DNA of 64,000 nucleotides from IMG/VR virus record IMGVR_UViG_3300037087_000181, positions 1-64,000 of that record; one strand, given 5' to 3'. Of the stretch, positions 20,035 through 27,638 are shown piece by piece (the stretch's first letter is position 1; each line of letters begins with the position of its first letter). The notes below the pieces were generated by a model. The model was not told the origin of the DNA and searched no databases. It worked only from the letters and a program-made list of their open reading frames with translations. The position numbers and the translations under genes are program-made. This DNA is from a virus.

Positions 20035-20244
20035 CTAATCTCTTTTAAATCCTGCCCGTTTATTCTCAGGAAACTTCTCAATCTCTACTTCTTGATGCCA
20101 TGATGTTTCAAGTTCTTTGGCTACTTCGTACATTTTACCCGAAGGTCTTAGTATATAACCCGTGACAACTCTTTTTATACCAACATCAGTTTTAAGTTCA
20201 ACTTCTTCTCCCCAATTAAATTTTACAGAAAAACTTTTTTTCAT
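20035..20244 (-). CDS. hypothetical protein (SH3-like)
   Basis: KFNWGEEVELK..RVVTGY. Confidence 0.65.
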   Translation of the reverse strand: MKKSFSVKFNWGEEVELKTDVGIKRVVTGYILRPSGKMYEVAKELETSWHQEVEIEKFPENKRAGFKRD

Positions 20245-20376
20245 GGTATATGTAGCGTTTAAAATATTTACTTTAGCGGGCTTTAACGGCGATGACCGTC
20301 TCTACGATTTCCTTATCCCGTGCCCGCTTTTAGTCCGATTCCTAACTGTAAGGGTCTGTATATCGGCAACCGAATG

Positions 20377-20447
20377 TAGCAAGAGACAGAATTGAACTGT
20401 CGACTAAGGCTTATGGGGCCTTCGAGATACCACTTCTCCATCTTGCA
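20377..20447 (-). tRNA. tRNA-Met(CAT)
   Basis: Cloverleaf TGCAAGA / GAGA-AGTGGTA-TCTC / AAGGC-CCCATAA-GCCTT / GACAG-TTCAATT-CTGTC / TCTTGCT-A. Confidence 0.85.
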
Positions 20448-20564
20448 ATATTTTTGTTTCAATAAACTTCAAGATCCCCTCACCCAATTGAGAAAAATCA
20501 AACTATGAAAACTTAAAATCACCCTGAACGATGAGGGGGCAAAATTTAATCCATAATGTAAACA

Positions 20565-20638
20565 CAAAGATAATTGAAATAAAATTAAGAAGCAAATGTT
20601 TTAATATTTGTTTTTATCAAAAACTTGTTCTATATTTG
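20565..20638. promoter_or_regulatory. divergent consensus promoters (tRNA unit / replication unit)
   Basis: TTTG-N20-TAnnTTTG on both strands (20565-20596 minus; 20607-20638 plus). Confidence 0.75.
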
Positions 20639-20817
20639 TCGTTTCAAAAACGAAGTCAAAAATTTTACTTACCTTTGACCTGTTGTAGTAATTATACAGA
20701 ATGAAAACAACAAACATAAAAAATTAACAATAAACTGAGGCCCCCTCGGTGAACTCTCCTTTTCTGGATAGTTACTACGACACTGGGGGGCAACCTCTTT
20801 CATAATATCGTAGTGTT

Positions 20818-21123
20818 ATGGGAAAAGACCCCGCATTCTTATTTTACACTGCCGACTTTAATGAGGGCACACAAGATTTCACTAACGAAGAGGTAGGTGC
20901 ATATCTTCGTTTACTACTATTTCAATTCTCACGAGGGCATTTACCTTTAGATAGTATACAAAGGAGATTAGGCTCTGATTTTGAAAGACTCTGGTCGGTT
21001 TTATCAATGAAGTTTATTGAGGATTCTAATGGTAATTTTTATAACGAAAGACTCCAAACCGAACAGATAAAAAGATCGAGTTATTGTGACTCAAGGAAAA
21101 CAAATAAACTACGAAAAATCTAA
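20818..21123 (+). CDS. YdaU/DUF1376-like replication initiator N-terminal domain
   Basis: MGKDPAFLFYTADF...EEVGAYLRLL...FYNERL. Confidence 0.8.
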   Translation: MGKDPAFLFYTADFNEGTQDFTNEEVGAYLRLLLFQFSRGHLPLDSIQRRLGSDFERLWSVLSMKFIEDSNGNFYNERLQTEQIKRSSYCDSRKTNKLRKI

Positions 21124-21126
21124 TAT

Positions 21127-21260
21127 CATATGTTAAACATATGTTTTTCTTATGTTCATCATATGATCGGCGTATGGAAAATGAAAATAGAATTGTAGAT
21201 AAAGAAGAGGTTAATAGTAATATATATTATAAGCGAAAATTTAAATTTGAAAATAAATTT
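21127..21260. other. putative replication origin (iterons plus AT-rich tract)
   Basis: CNTATG at 21127, 21138, 21149, 21160, 21171 (exact 11-bp phase). Confidence 0.6.
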
Positions 21261-21430
21261 GGAAATCTCAATTATAAGTTATACTTTTGGTGTATTAAAT
21301 TAAAAACAAGAAACCATGAATGCAATACCAATTTACACTCCAACATTCCTTTATTGGAAATTTAAGCCACTTACTACATTTCTTATTGGTCTTGTACTCG
21401 GATTAGTCATTATGTATTTAATAAAATAAC

Positions 21431-21901
21431 ATGGTCGAAAATCTTCAAACAATAAAAGGAACGCTGTATTCAAAAGATACACGCAAGGTTGATAATAAAA
21501 AAGACCCAACGCAACCACCCTATGAATTTATGTCTATAAAAGTAGAATATAAACTCGACTTTGGAGGAAAAGACAGAACCAATATTGCAGAGATGCAGTT
21601 AGACAGAGGGGTGGGCTTTGAGGAATTTAGTATTGGCGATAGTATCGGCGTTGATTATTATCTCTTTGGAAAAAAGATTTCAGATACTTGGTTTAAAACA
21701 GAAGCAAGGGTAGTTCACATAGGATTTACCGACAGAAATAGTACCTACGATAATCACAAGGGTAAGATAAAGGTTGATGCAATGAGCAATATAGATACCA
21801 TTGCAGAACCACCTAAACATATTGAACAAAGAGAAAAGGTGTTTGTTAATCTTTCTCCAAATGAATATGATGATGAAAACGGTGACCCATTGCCTTTTTA
21901 A
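21431..21901 (+). CDS. single-stranded DNA-binding protein (DUF3127-like)
   Basis: OB-fold-like; acidic tail DDENGDPLPF. Confidence 0.75.
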   Translation: MVENLQTIKGTLYSKDTRKVDNKKDPTQPPYEFMSIKVEYKLDFGGKDRTNIAEMQLDRGVGFEEFSIGDSIGVDYYLFGKKISDTWFKTEARVVHIGFTDRNSTYDNHKGKIKVDAMSNIDTIAEPPKHIEQREKVFVNLSPNEYDDENGDPLPF

Positions 21902-21910
21902 TTACATAAA

Positions 21911-22195
21911 ATGAAAAAGAAAGTATTAACAACCGATGATCTTTATAATGGTTGGCTTGTTAAATACCACGGCATAACAGTACAAGAACTTCTTGAAAAA
22001 GAACCGGAGTTATGCAAGACCTCCGAATGGTATAAGAAATATGCAGTTACTACCGAACAATATGACGAATGGTACAAATGGGCAATCAAAGAGATACAAA
22101 AGTTCTATCATTGTTCCAAGAAGACCGCAATAAGAAATTTTGCTTTTGATTATTTAAATGTTTCACCGAGTATAAAAGATGAACCAGACAATTAA
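21911..22195 (+). CDS. hypothetical phage protein
   Basis: ORF. Confidence 0.7.
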   Translation: MKKKVLTTDDLYNGWLVKYHGITVQELLEKEPELCKTSEWYKKYAVTTEQYDEWYKWAIKEIQKFYHCSKKTAIRNFAFDYLNVSPSIKDEPDN

Positions 22196-22853
22196 TGTGG
22201 GGATAGCAAGTTTACCCGAAAGAAGTGGAAGCCTGCAAAAGGTTTTAGACTCACTTACCAATCAGGCAGACAATATTTATGTTATTTTAAACTATGGTTT
22301 GCAAGAAGCACCGCAGTGGATCAATGATTTTAAAAATGTGTATTGGACTATTAGCGGTAATGAGTTTGGAGCCAACGCAAAATTCACCATGTCTGACAAG
22401 GTAAAAGGGTATTTTTTTAGCTGTGATGATGATTTATTATATCCTAATAATTATGTATCTCTTACAAAAAACATGATTGATTTTTATCATTGTATAATAA
22501 CCTATCATGGAAAACGGTATGACGGGGAAAGGCCAATATCATCTTATAAAAGATCATTTACTACCAATATACGATGCTTAAATTCATGGTATAAAAACAC
22601 TGAAGTTCATGTTGGAGGTACTGGGTGCATGGGTTTTCATACAGACGACTACAAACCATCCTATGATGTACAGGCACAAAAAAACATGGCAGATATATTT
22701 TTGGCACAGGACGCACACATGAAAGGAGTAAAGATAATGGCACTTGCACATGGCAGGGATTTTTTAAGGTATTTGCCGCCTAATGATAAAACAGTTTGGC
22801 AAACATCTTCGGATATAGTACAAACTGAAATACTAAATTCTTTTTTGAAATGA
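22179..22853 (+). CDS. GT-A (GT2-like) glycosyltransferase
   Basis: VGIASLPER, SCDDDLLYP, VGGTG, MADI. Confidence 0.85.
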   Translation: MNQTINVGIASLPERSGSLQKVLDSLTNQADNIYVILNYGLQEAPQWINDFKNVYWTISGNEFGANAKFTMSDKVKGYFFSCDDDLLYPNNYVSLTKNMIDFYHCIITYHGKRYDGERPISSYKRSFTTNIRCLNSWYKNTEVHVGGTGCMGFHTDDYKPSYDVQAQKNMADIFLAQDAHMKGVKIMALAHGRDFLRYLPPNDKTVWQTSSDIVQTEILNSFLK

Positions 22854-23539
22854 AGTTTGGAATTTTAACAATAAGTTTTAAAAGAATTAAAATATTACGT
22901 CTTTTTTTAGCTTCCATAAAAAGATTAAGAAGCGATTGTGGTTATTTTCCCTGCGTGGTGGTTGGTGATGAAGAACACAAGCAACTCTGTGAGCAATACG
23001 AAGTCCATCATATCACACAAACCAATCATCCAGCCACGGCAAAGTTCAACACAGGAGTAGACTATCTTATGAGTATACAATGTAGATACATAATTGTTGC
23101 GGGATCAGATGATATTATTTCCACAACGCTACTAAAAAGGTGCATTACAGAAATGGAATTGGATTACGATCTTGTAGGAATTTCGTCTATATATTTCTAT
23201 GCGGCTGATGGTCAACATAAAGGAAGTCTACGTCACCTAAAAACTAAAGATCAAATTTTGGGCGTGTGTAGGTGTATCAATCGAAGGATCATTGAAAAGG
23301 TTGGTGGAGTACTTTGGAACAAAGAAAGTTCATGGGGCATGGACGGCATAGCACTAAGGAATATTCAACCCCATGTAAAGACATGGAAGATAGTTGAAGG
23401 GGATTGTTTTGATGTTAAGACCAAAGAAAATCTTAATAAGATAACTTTCTGGTTAAGCAAACTTCAAAGCCAAGAAAACCCAGAAAAGTTCTACTCAATA
23501 CTTTCAAAGGAAGAAAAGCAAATACTAAATGAAATATAA
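22850..23539 (+). CDS. GT-A glycosyltransferase
   Basis: AKFNTGV, AGSDDII, LGVCR. Confidence 0.75.
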   Translation: MKFGILTISFKRIKILRLFLASIKRLRSDCGYFPCVVVGDEEHKQLCEQYEVHHITQTNHPATAKFNTGVDYLMSIQCRYIIVAGSDDIISTTLLKRCITEMELDYDLVGISSIYFYAADGQHKGSLRHLKTKDQILGVCRCINRRIIEKVGGVLWNKESSWGMDGIALRNIQPHVKTWKIVEGDCFDVKTKENLNKITFWLSKLQSQENPEKFYSILSKEEKQILNEI

Positions 23540-24099
23540 TGAGACAACAAATCTTACTTGACATGGATGGTGTGCTTGTAGACTTCCTTTCGGGGGCATT
23601 AGAAGCACTTAATAGAGACTTTAACAAGCATATTACCATCGAACAATACGCTTCCGAGTTCGGACAGTGGGGAACTTATGATTACTATGGGATAACCGTA
23701 GAGCAATTCTGGAACTCTATTCACGAGACTCCTGATTTCTGGTATAACCTCAAGCCGATGCCGTGGTATAAGGAACTTTATGCCTTACTGTCGGAAATAG
23801 GAGAAGTAACCATACTTACGACCCCATCGCTCGATCCGTCTTGCGCAATGCAGAAACTTCAATGGCTCGATAATTACATGAACATTAAGTCAGATGCAGT
23901 CTTTCTTGGTTCACGCAAATATCTCATGGCAGGCAATGGAATCCTTATAGACGACTATCAGAAGAACGTAGAAAAATTTAAGTCATCAAGAGGCGATGCT
24001 ATTCTTATTCCATCTAACTGGAACACCAACGGACTCACGTTTAAGAGAATTAAGAGTACAATTGATCCATTTTTTGCAGGAGTAATTTTACCAAGATAA
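23539..24099 (+). CDS. HAD 5'(3')-deoxyribonucleotidase
   Basis: LDMDGVLVDF, KLQWL, ILIDD. Confidence 0.9.
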   Translation: MRQQILLDMDGVLVDFLSGALEALNRDFNKHITIEQYASEFGQWGTYDYYGITVEQFWNSIHETPDFWYNLKPMPWYKELYALLSEIGEVTILTTPSLDPSCAMQKLQWLDNYMNIKSDAVFLGSRKYLMAGNGILIDDYQKNVEKFKSSRGDAILIPSNWNTNGLTFKRIKSTIDPFFAGVILPR

Positions 24100-24101
24100 A
24101 A

Positions 24102-24434
24102 ATGTCAGAAAATAAAGGATTACGGTATAACACAGGTAAGCGGAAATGGTCTTTAGTCCATTTCAAGTCATTAGAGCCGATGATTGAAGTCATGGAGTTC
24201 GGTGCAAAGAAATATGCCGTTGATAATTGGAAACAGGGATTCGACAAGAAAGAGATTCTTGAGTCCCTACAAAGGCATCTTGCAAAACTCTTTGACGGAG
24301 AAGATATAGATCAAGAAAGCGGATTGCATCATATTGGGCATATAATGTGCAATGCAATGTTTTACAGTTTTTACATGAATAAGGAGAAGGAAAGTAATGA
24401 CACCAAAAACCGAAATATACCAAGTTCGATTTAA
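24102..24434 (+). CDS. dATP/dGTP diphosphohydrolase (DUF5664)
   Basis: FGAKKYAVDNWKQG, SLQRHL, DQESGLHHIGHIMCNAMF. Confidence 0.9.
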   Translation: MSENKGLRYNTGKRKWSLVHFKSLEPMIEVMEFGAKKYAVDNWKQGFDKKEILESLQRHLAKLFDGEDIDQESGLHHIGHIMCNAMFYSFYMNKEKESNDTKNRNIPSSI

Positions 24435-24669
24435 CAAGTACACCACGGGTAATGGAGACGTTGCATTTTCCTCCTATACCTTAGATAGTCCATATCTTGT
24501 TGGCATGGCAAAAATAAACCCCATAAAGATTGTATTAATCAAAGATAGGGTACACGTTACCTTTGAAGATGGAGGAAAACATGTATTCGGTTATGGGGCA
24601 GACACGGAATTACTCTATCGCCCGGTAGAGCAAAAGACAGAAGAAACTAAAACAGACACAACAGAATAA
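24397..24669 (+). CDS. hypothetical protein
   Basis: ORF. Confidence 0.65.
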   Translation: MTPKTEIYQVRFNKYTTGNGDVAFSSYTLDSPYLVGMAKINPIKIVLIKDRVHVTFEDGGKHVFGYGADTELLYRPVEQKTEETKTDTTE

Positions 24670-24673
24670 ACTA

Positions 24674-25441
24674 ATGGCTGAACTACTCAAACAGACGGTA
24701 AGTAAAAGGGAACTGGACGAAGGAATCATACCTATCAACATGGTTCTTTGCGAGCAATACTACAGCAATGAAGGACTCACCACAAAGTCAGGTATCATAA
24801 TAGGAGTTAATAAAGAGCTGATTTATGCTGATCCCGATAATCTCGATGATGACTCTACACATGCGGCTGATCTCGCAGAGGTGTCAATGATCGTTTACAA
24901 AACCCCGCAAAAGCTATACTTTAATACTGAAGATAGGGAAAAGAGTATGCCGTGGTTGACCGACATGGCATTAGAAAAAGGATGGGAAATATGGACAAAT
25001 ACCATTGACAGCCTTAACGCAGTTACGCTTGTGTGTGATGGCAAAACCTATAAACTTATTTCATATTCAGATATTTATTGTGCAAGATACCGTATAACAC
25101 TTACTAAAATCATGTTTGCAATCAAAGTTAGAATGCTAAATGGCTACGTTCTTGTCACCCTAAAAAACAAAGAATCTCTTTCCGGGTTTGACGTAATATC
25201 AGAAGAGTGCTTAGATAAAACGAAAGGTGTAATCTCGTATATTGGAAACCCAGTCAAAGAATATCTAAATCCTGATTATAGCCATATAGAAGACCTTCGT
25301 ACAGGAGATACTGTATTATTCAACCCTAAGGCTGGAATTTGGGCTTTGGAAAGGCAAAAGTATGCCAGCCGTTTTGACGACAAACAAATTTACTACGTGG
25401 TACATAGAAAGGATATTAATGCAGTCCTTTCAAGAAAATGA
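24674..25441 (+). CDS. tandem GroES-like domain protein
   Basis: TTKSGIIIG; MLNGYVLV...KGVISYIG...LRTGDTVLF. Confidence 0.65.
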   Translation: MAELLKQTVSKRELDEGIIPINMVLCEQYYSNEGLTTKSGIIIGVNKELIYADPDNLDDDSTHAADLAEVSMIVYKTPQKLYFNTEDREKSMPWLTDMALEKGWEIWTNTIDSLNAVTLVCDGKTYKLISYSDIYCARYRITLTKIMFAIKVRMLNGYVLVTLKNKESLSGFDVISEECLDKTKGVISYIGNPVKEYLNPDYSHIEDLRTGDTVLFNPKAGIWALERQKYASRFDDKQIYYVVHRKDINAVLSRK

Positions 25442-26445
25442 CCATCTCCGTCTGCATACCCGTTCGCAATGAAGACCCCGAACTCTTAATTGAAGTTTTG
25501 TATAATTTTACACGTGATTATCCTTATGATGAACTTGAGATAGTCTTTTATAACGATGGTAGCGTTAACACAGATGGGTCATTTGCGTCACTCCATAACA
25601 TAAATTTTCCGCAAAGGATAAAAAACTACCTAAAAATTATAGAAAGCAAAGAACAGTACGGAGTGGGATATGGCATGGATCGTTGCGTAGAAGCGTCCAG
25701 AGGCACGATCGTTGTTTTAGCAGGCGCCGATACATTTCCGCAGAGATCGTGGTTCTATGACGTTAAATTGCTTGTAAAAGACAATCAAATCGGTTGCTGT
25801 GCAAGTGTGGGGCTTAATTTAGGCAATTATGATATTGATGCACCCGATAGAACTACAAGATATGGGGCAAAATTACTTTATAAAGTGACAGTAGACGATT
25901 TGCCCATAGAGTCTAAGTTAAGAAGTAATCTTGAATATAGGGATATACTTGAAGGCAAATGGGCATCAAAGAAATCAGACGAACCTTATGAGATAAGTTG
26001 TTTAATGGGGGCGTTTTATTTTATGAAGCGTGAGTTCTACGAAAAAACATACGGTTGGGACACTATCGAAGGGCAACGATTAATAGGCCACCAAGGCTGG
26101 GGAAAGTTGGAAAGTTATTTAAGTTTAAAGGCACGTGTCTACGGAGGAAAATGTATAGTTTATCCTAATATCAGGGTAGGGCATGTGTTTGCCAAATTCA
26201 ATGAGGACGAGCCGCCAAGAGCCATAAGAGACGATCTAAAATGGTTCAATGGACTATTTATGGCACATACTATGCTCGAAGAATCTTTCAGAGACGAGTT
26301 AATAAACTTTCCCCACCATAGTCTTAATTTAAGCACAGCACAGGCTTACATAAGGCGCAATTGGAGCAAGGTACAGGAAGTCAGAGATCGAAATGAAAGA
26401 GAAGGTAAATTACTCTCTAGAAATGATGTGGAAAATAATGTGTAA
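25438..26445 (+). CDS. polypeptide GalNAc-transferase-like (GT27/GT2) glycosyltransferase
   Basis: SVCIPVRNE, NDGS, LMGAFYFMKREFY, GWGKLESYLSLKARVYGG, RVGHVF. Confidence 0.75.
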   Translation: MTISVCIPVRNEDPELLIEVLYNFTRDYPYDELEIVFYNDGSVNTDGSFASLHNINFPQRIKNYLKIIESKEQYGVGYGMDRCVEASRGTIVVLAGADTFPQRSWFYDVKLLVKDNQIGCCASVGLNLGNYDIDAPDRTTRYGAKLLYKVTVDDLPIESKLRSNLEYRDILEGKWASKKSDEPYEISCLMGAFYFMKREFYEKTYGWDTIEGQRLIGHQGWGKLESYLSLKARVYGGKCIVYPNIRVGHVFAKFNEDEPPRAIRDDLKWFNGLFMAHTMLEESFRDELINFPHHSLNLSTAQAYIRRNWSKVQEVRDRNEREGKLLSRNDVENNV

Positions 26446-26490
26446 TTTTGTGGCGTTGTAAATATATTGTAAAATTAAATTTTCACGCCA

Positions 26491-27036
26491 ATGATTCTTT
26501 TTATTGCTAAAGTTTACTCTTGGAACGATTTCAGAAACGCCGGAATGAGAAAAACTGCATCTGATGGTGCATCAAGAGAGTTTTTGCTTAATCCGCATTT
26601 TATGACGGACATAACAACCAACGCCACCTATGGTTCAAATTTAAAGTACTCTGACAATTTTCTTGACAGGAGAGAGGGTTTGAGTACGTTGATTATCGAC
26701 AAGACTCCTGCACAAATTATCGTTTATGCTAACACGGCAGCTTATAGTAACACTATTACACTGCCTGTTCATCCTCACAACAATCCTGATAAAGCTGGGG
26801 TTAATACCGTTATACAGTGGGCGAATATAGTCTACGCTAATAGATATAATCCTAATCCGGGTGCTCATTGTTGGGTAGTTTATCTTGAAGGAGCATTTAA
26901 GAGAAAAGAAGTTCTTGTTAACCTTGCTATCGAAGACGTGATGAGCCGGGTAAGAGGGGGAGGAACAACATCAACATTCACTTCAGTTCATAATTTTTTC
27001 TCTCGTATCTACGAATTGACCAATAATATTATCTAA
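26491..27036 (+). CDS. putative virion accessory protein (paralogue of next gene)
   Basis: Aligns by eye with 27040..27543; -7-only promoter at 26443. Confidence 0.55.
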   Translation: MILFIAKVYSWNDFRNAGMRKTASDGASREFLLNPHFMTDITTNATYGSNLKYSDNFLDRREGLSTLIIDKTPAQIIVYANTAAYSNTITLPVHPHNNPDKAGVNTVIQWANIVYANRYNPNPGAHCWVVYLEGAFKRKEVLVNLAIEDVMSRVRGGGTTSTFTSVHNFFSRIYELTNNII

Positions 27037-27039
27037 GCC

Positions 27040-27543
27040 ATGCCAGTAACCACTCACTCATTTATTCCTTCGATGCTCTTTGCGGCAACTGTCACCAAAT
27101 GGCAGACCGTCAAAGCAGATCACAATAGGAGGGTAAGGGATACCACAAGTGGTACTTCGTATCTTCTGAACACCAACAGGCTTACTGGAATCCGGGTAAT
27201 GACCGATACAGCCTACTCAAGTCTCTATTACATTGAGAATCCTTTTGACAACAGGGAGCATAAAGAATATATGGAGTTACACATGACAGTAGCAGACATC
27301 AGTACTCAGATAAACACTACTCCAACTCATCTCGAAATGACATTACCGATCTATCCTAAGATGGATAGTACCAAAAGTACTGTAAACACCATAATCCCTA
27401 TTCAAAACTTCGCATGGGCAGTAGCAGTTGCAGATAGTGGAAGCGCAGCCGATTCTATTGTGTATTATATCGAAAGTGGATATAAACTTGTGCGGGCGAG
27501 AGTTAACTTAACTTTAACTGCTTTACTTGCACTTATAGCATAA
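27040..27543 (+). CDS. putative virion accessory protein, Thr/Ser-rich
   Basis: Paralogue of 26491..27036. Confidence 0.55.
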   Translation: MPVTTHSFIPSMLFAATVTKWQTVKADHNRRVRDTTSGTSYLLNTNRLTGIRVMTDTAYSSLYYIENPFDNREHKEYMELHMTVADISTQINTTPTHLEMTLPIYPKMDSTKSTVNTIIPIQNFAWAVAVADSGSAADSIVYYIESGYKLVRARVNLTLTALLALIA

Positions 27544-27578
27544 TACCATTACGAAACCATTACGAATTTTCAACATCT

Positions 27579-27607
27579 AGGCAGAGTTAAACGCTCTGCC
27601 TTTTTTT
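27579..27607 (+). terminator. intrinsic terminator
   Basis: aggcagag-ttaaacg-ctctgcct plus T-run. Confidence 0.85.
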
Positions 27608-27638
27608 ATTTACCTTTGTGAAAACGAAACAGAAACGA

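Noticed and set aside
20320-20376. Theta/HDV-like ribozyme at the tRNA 3' end
   Set aside because: P1/P3-like pairings can be drawn, but there is no P2 partner, no leading G and no canonical L3
24102-24434. 2-aminoadenine (Z) genome
   Set aside because: DUF5664 alone is insufficient; no PurZ in the window
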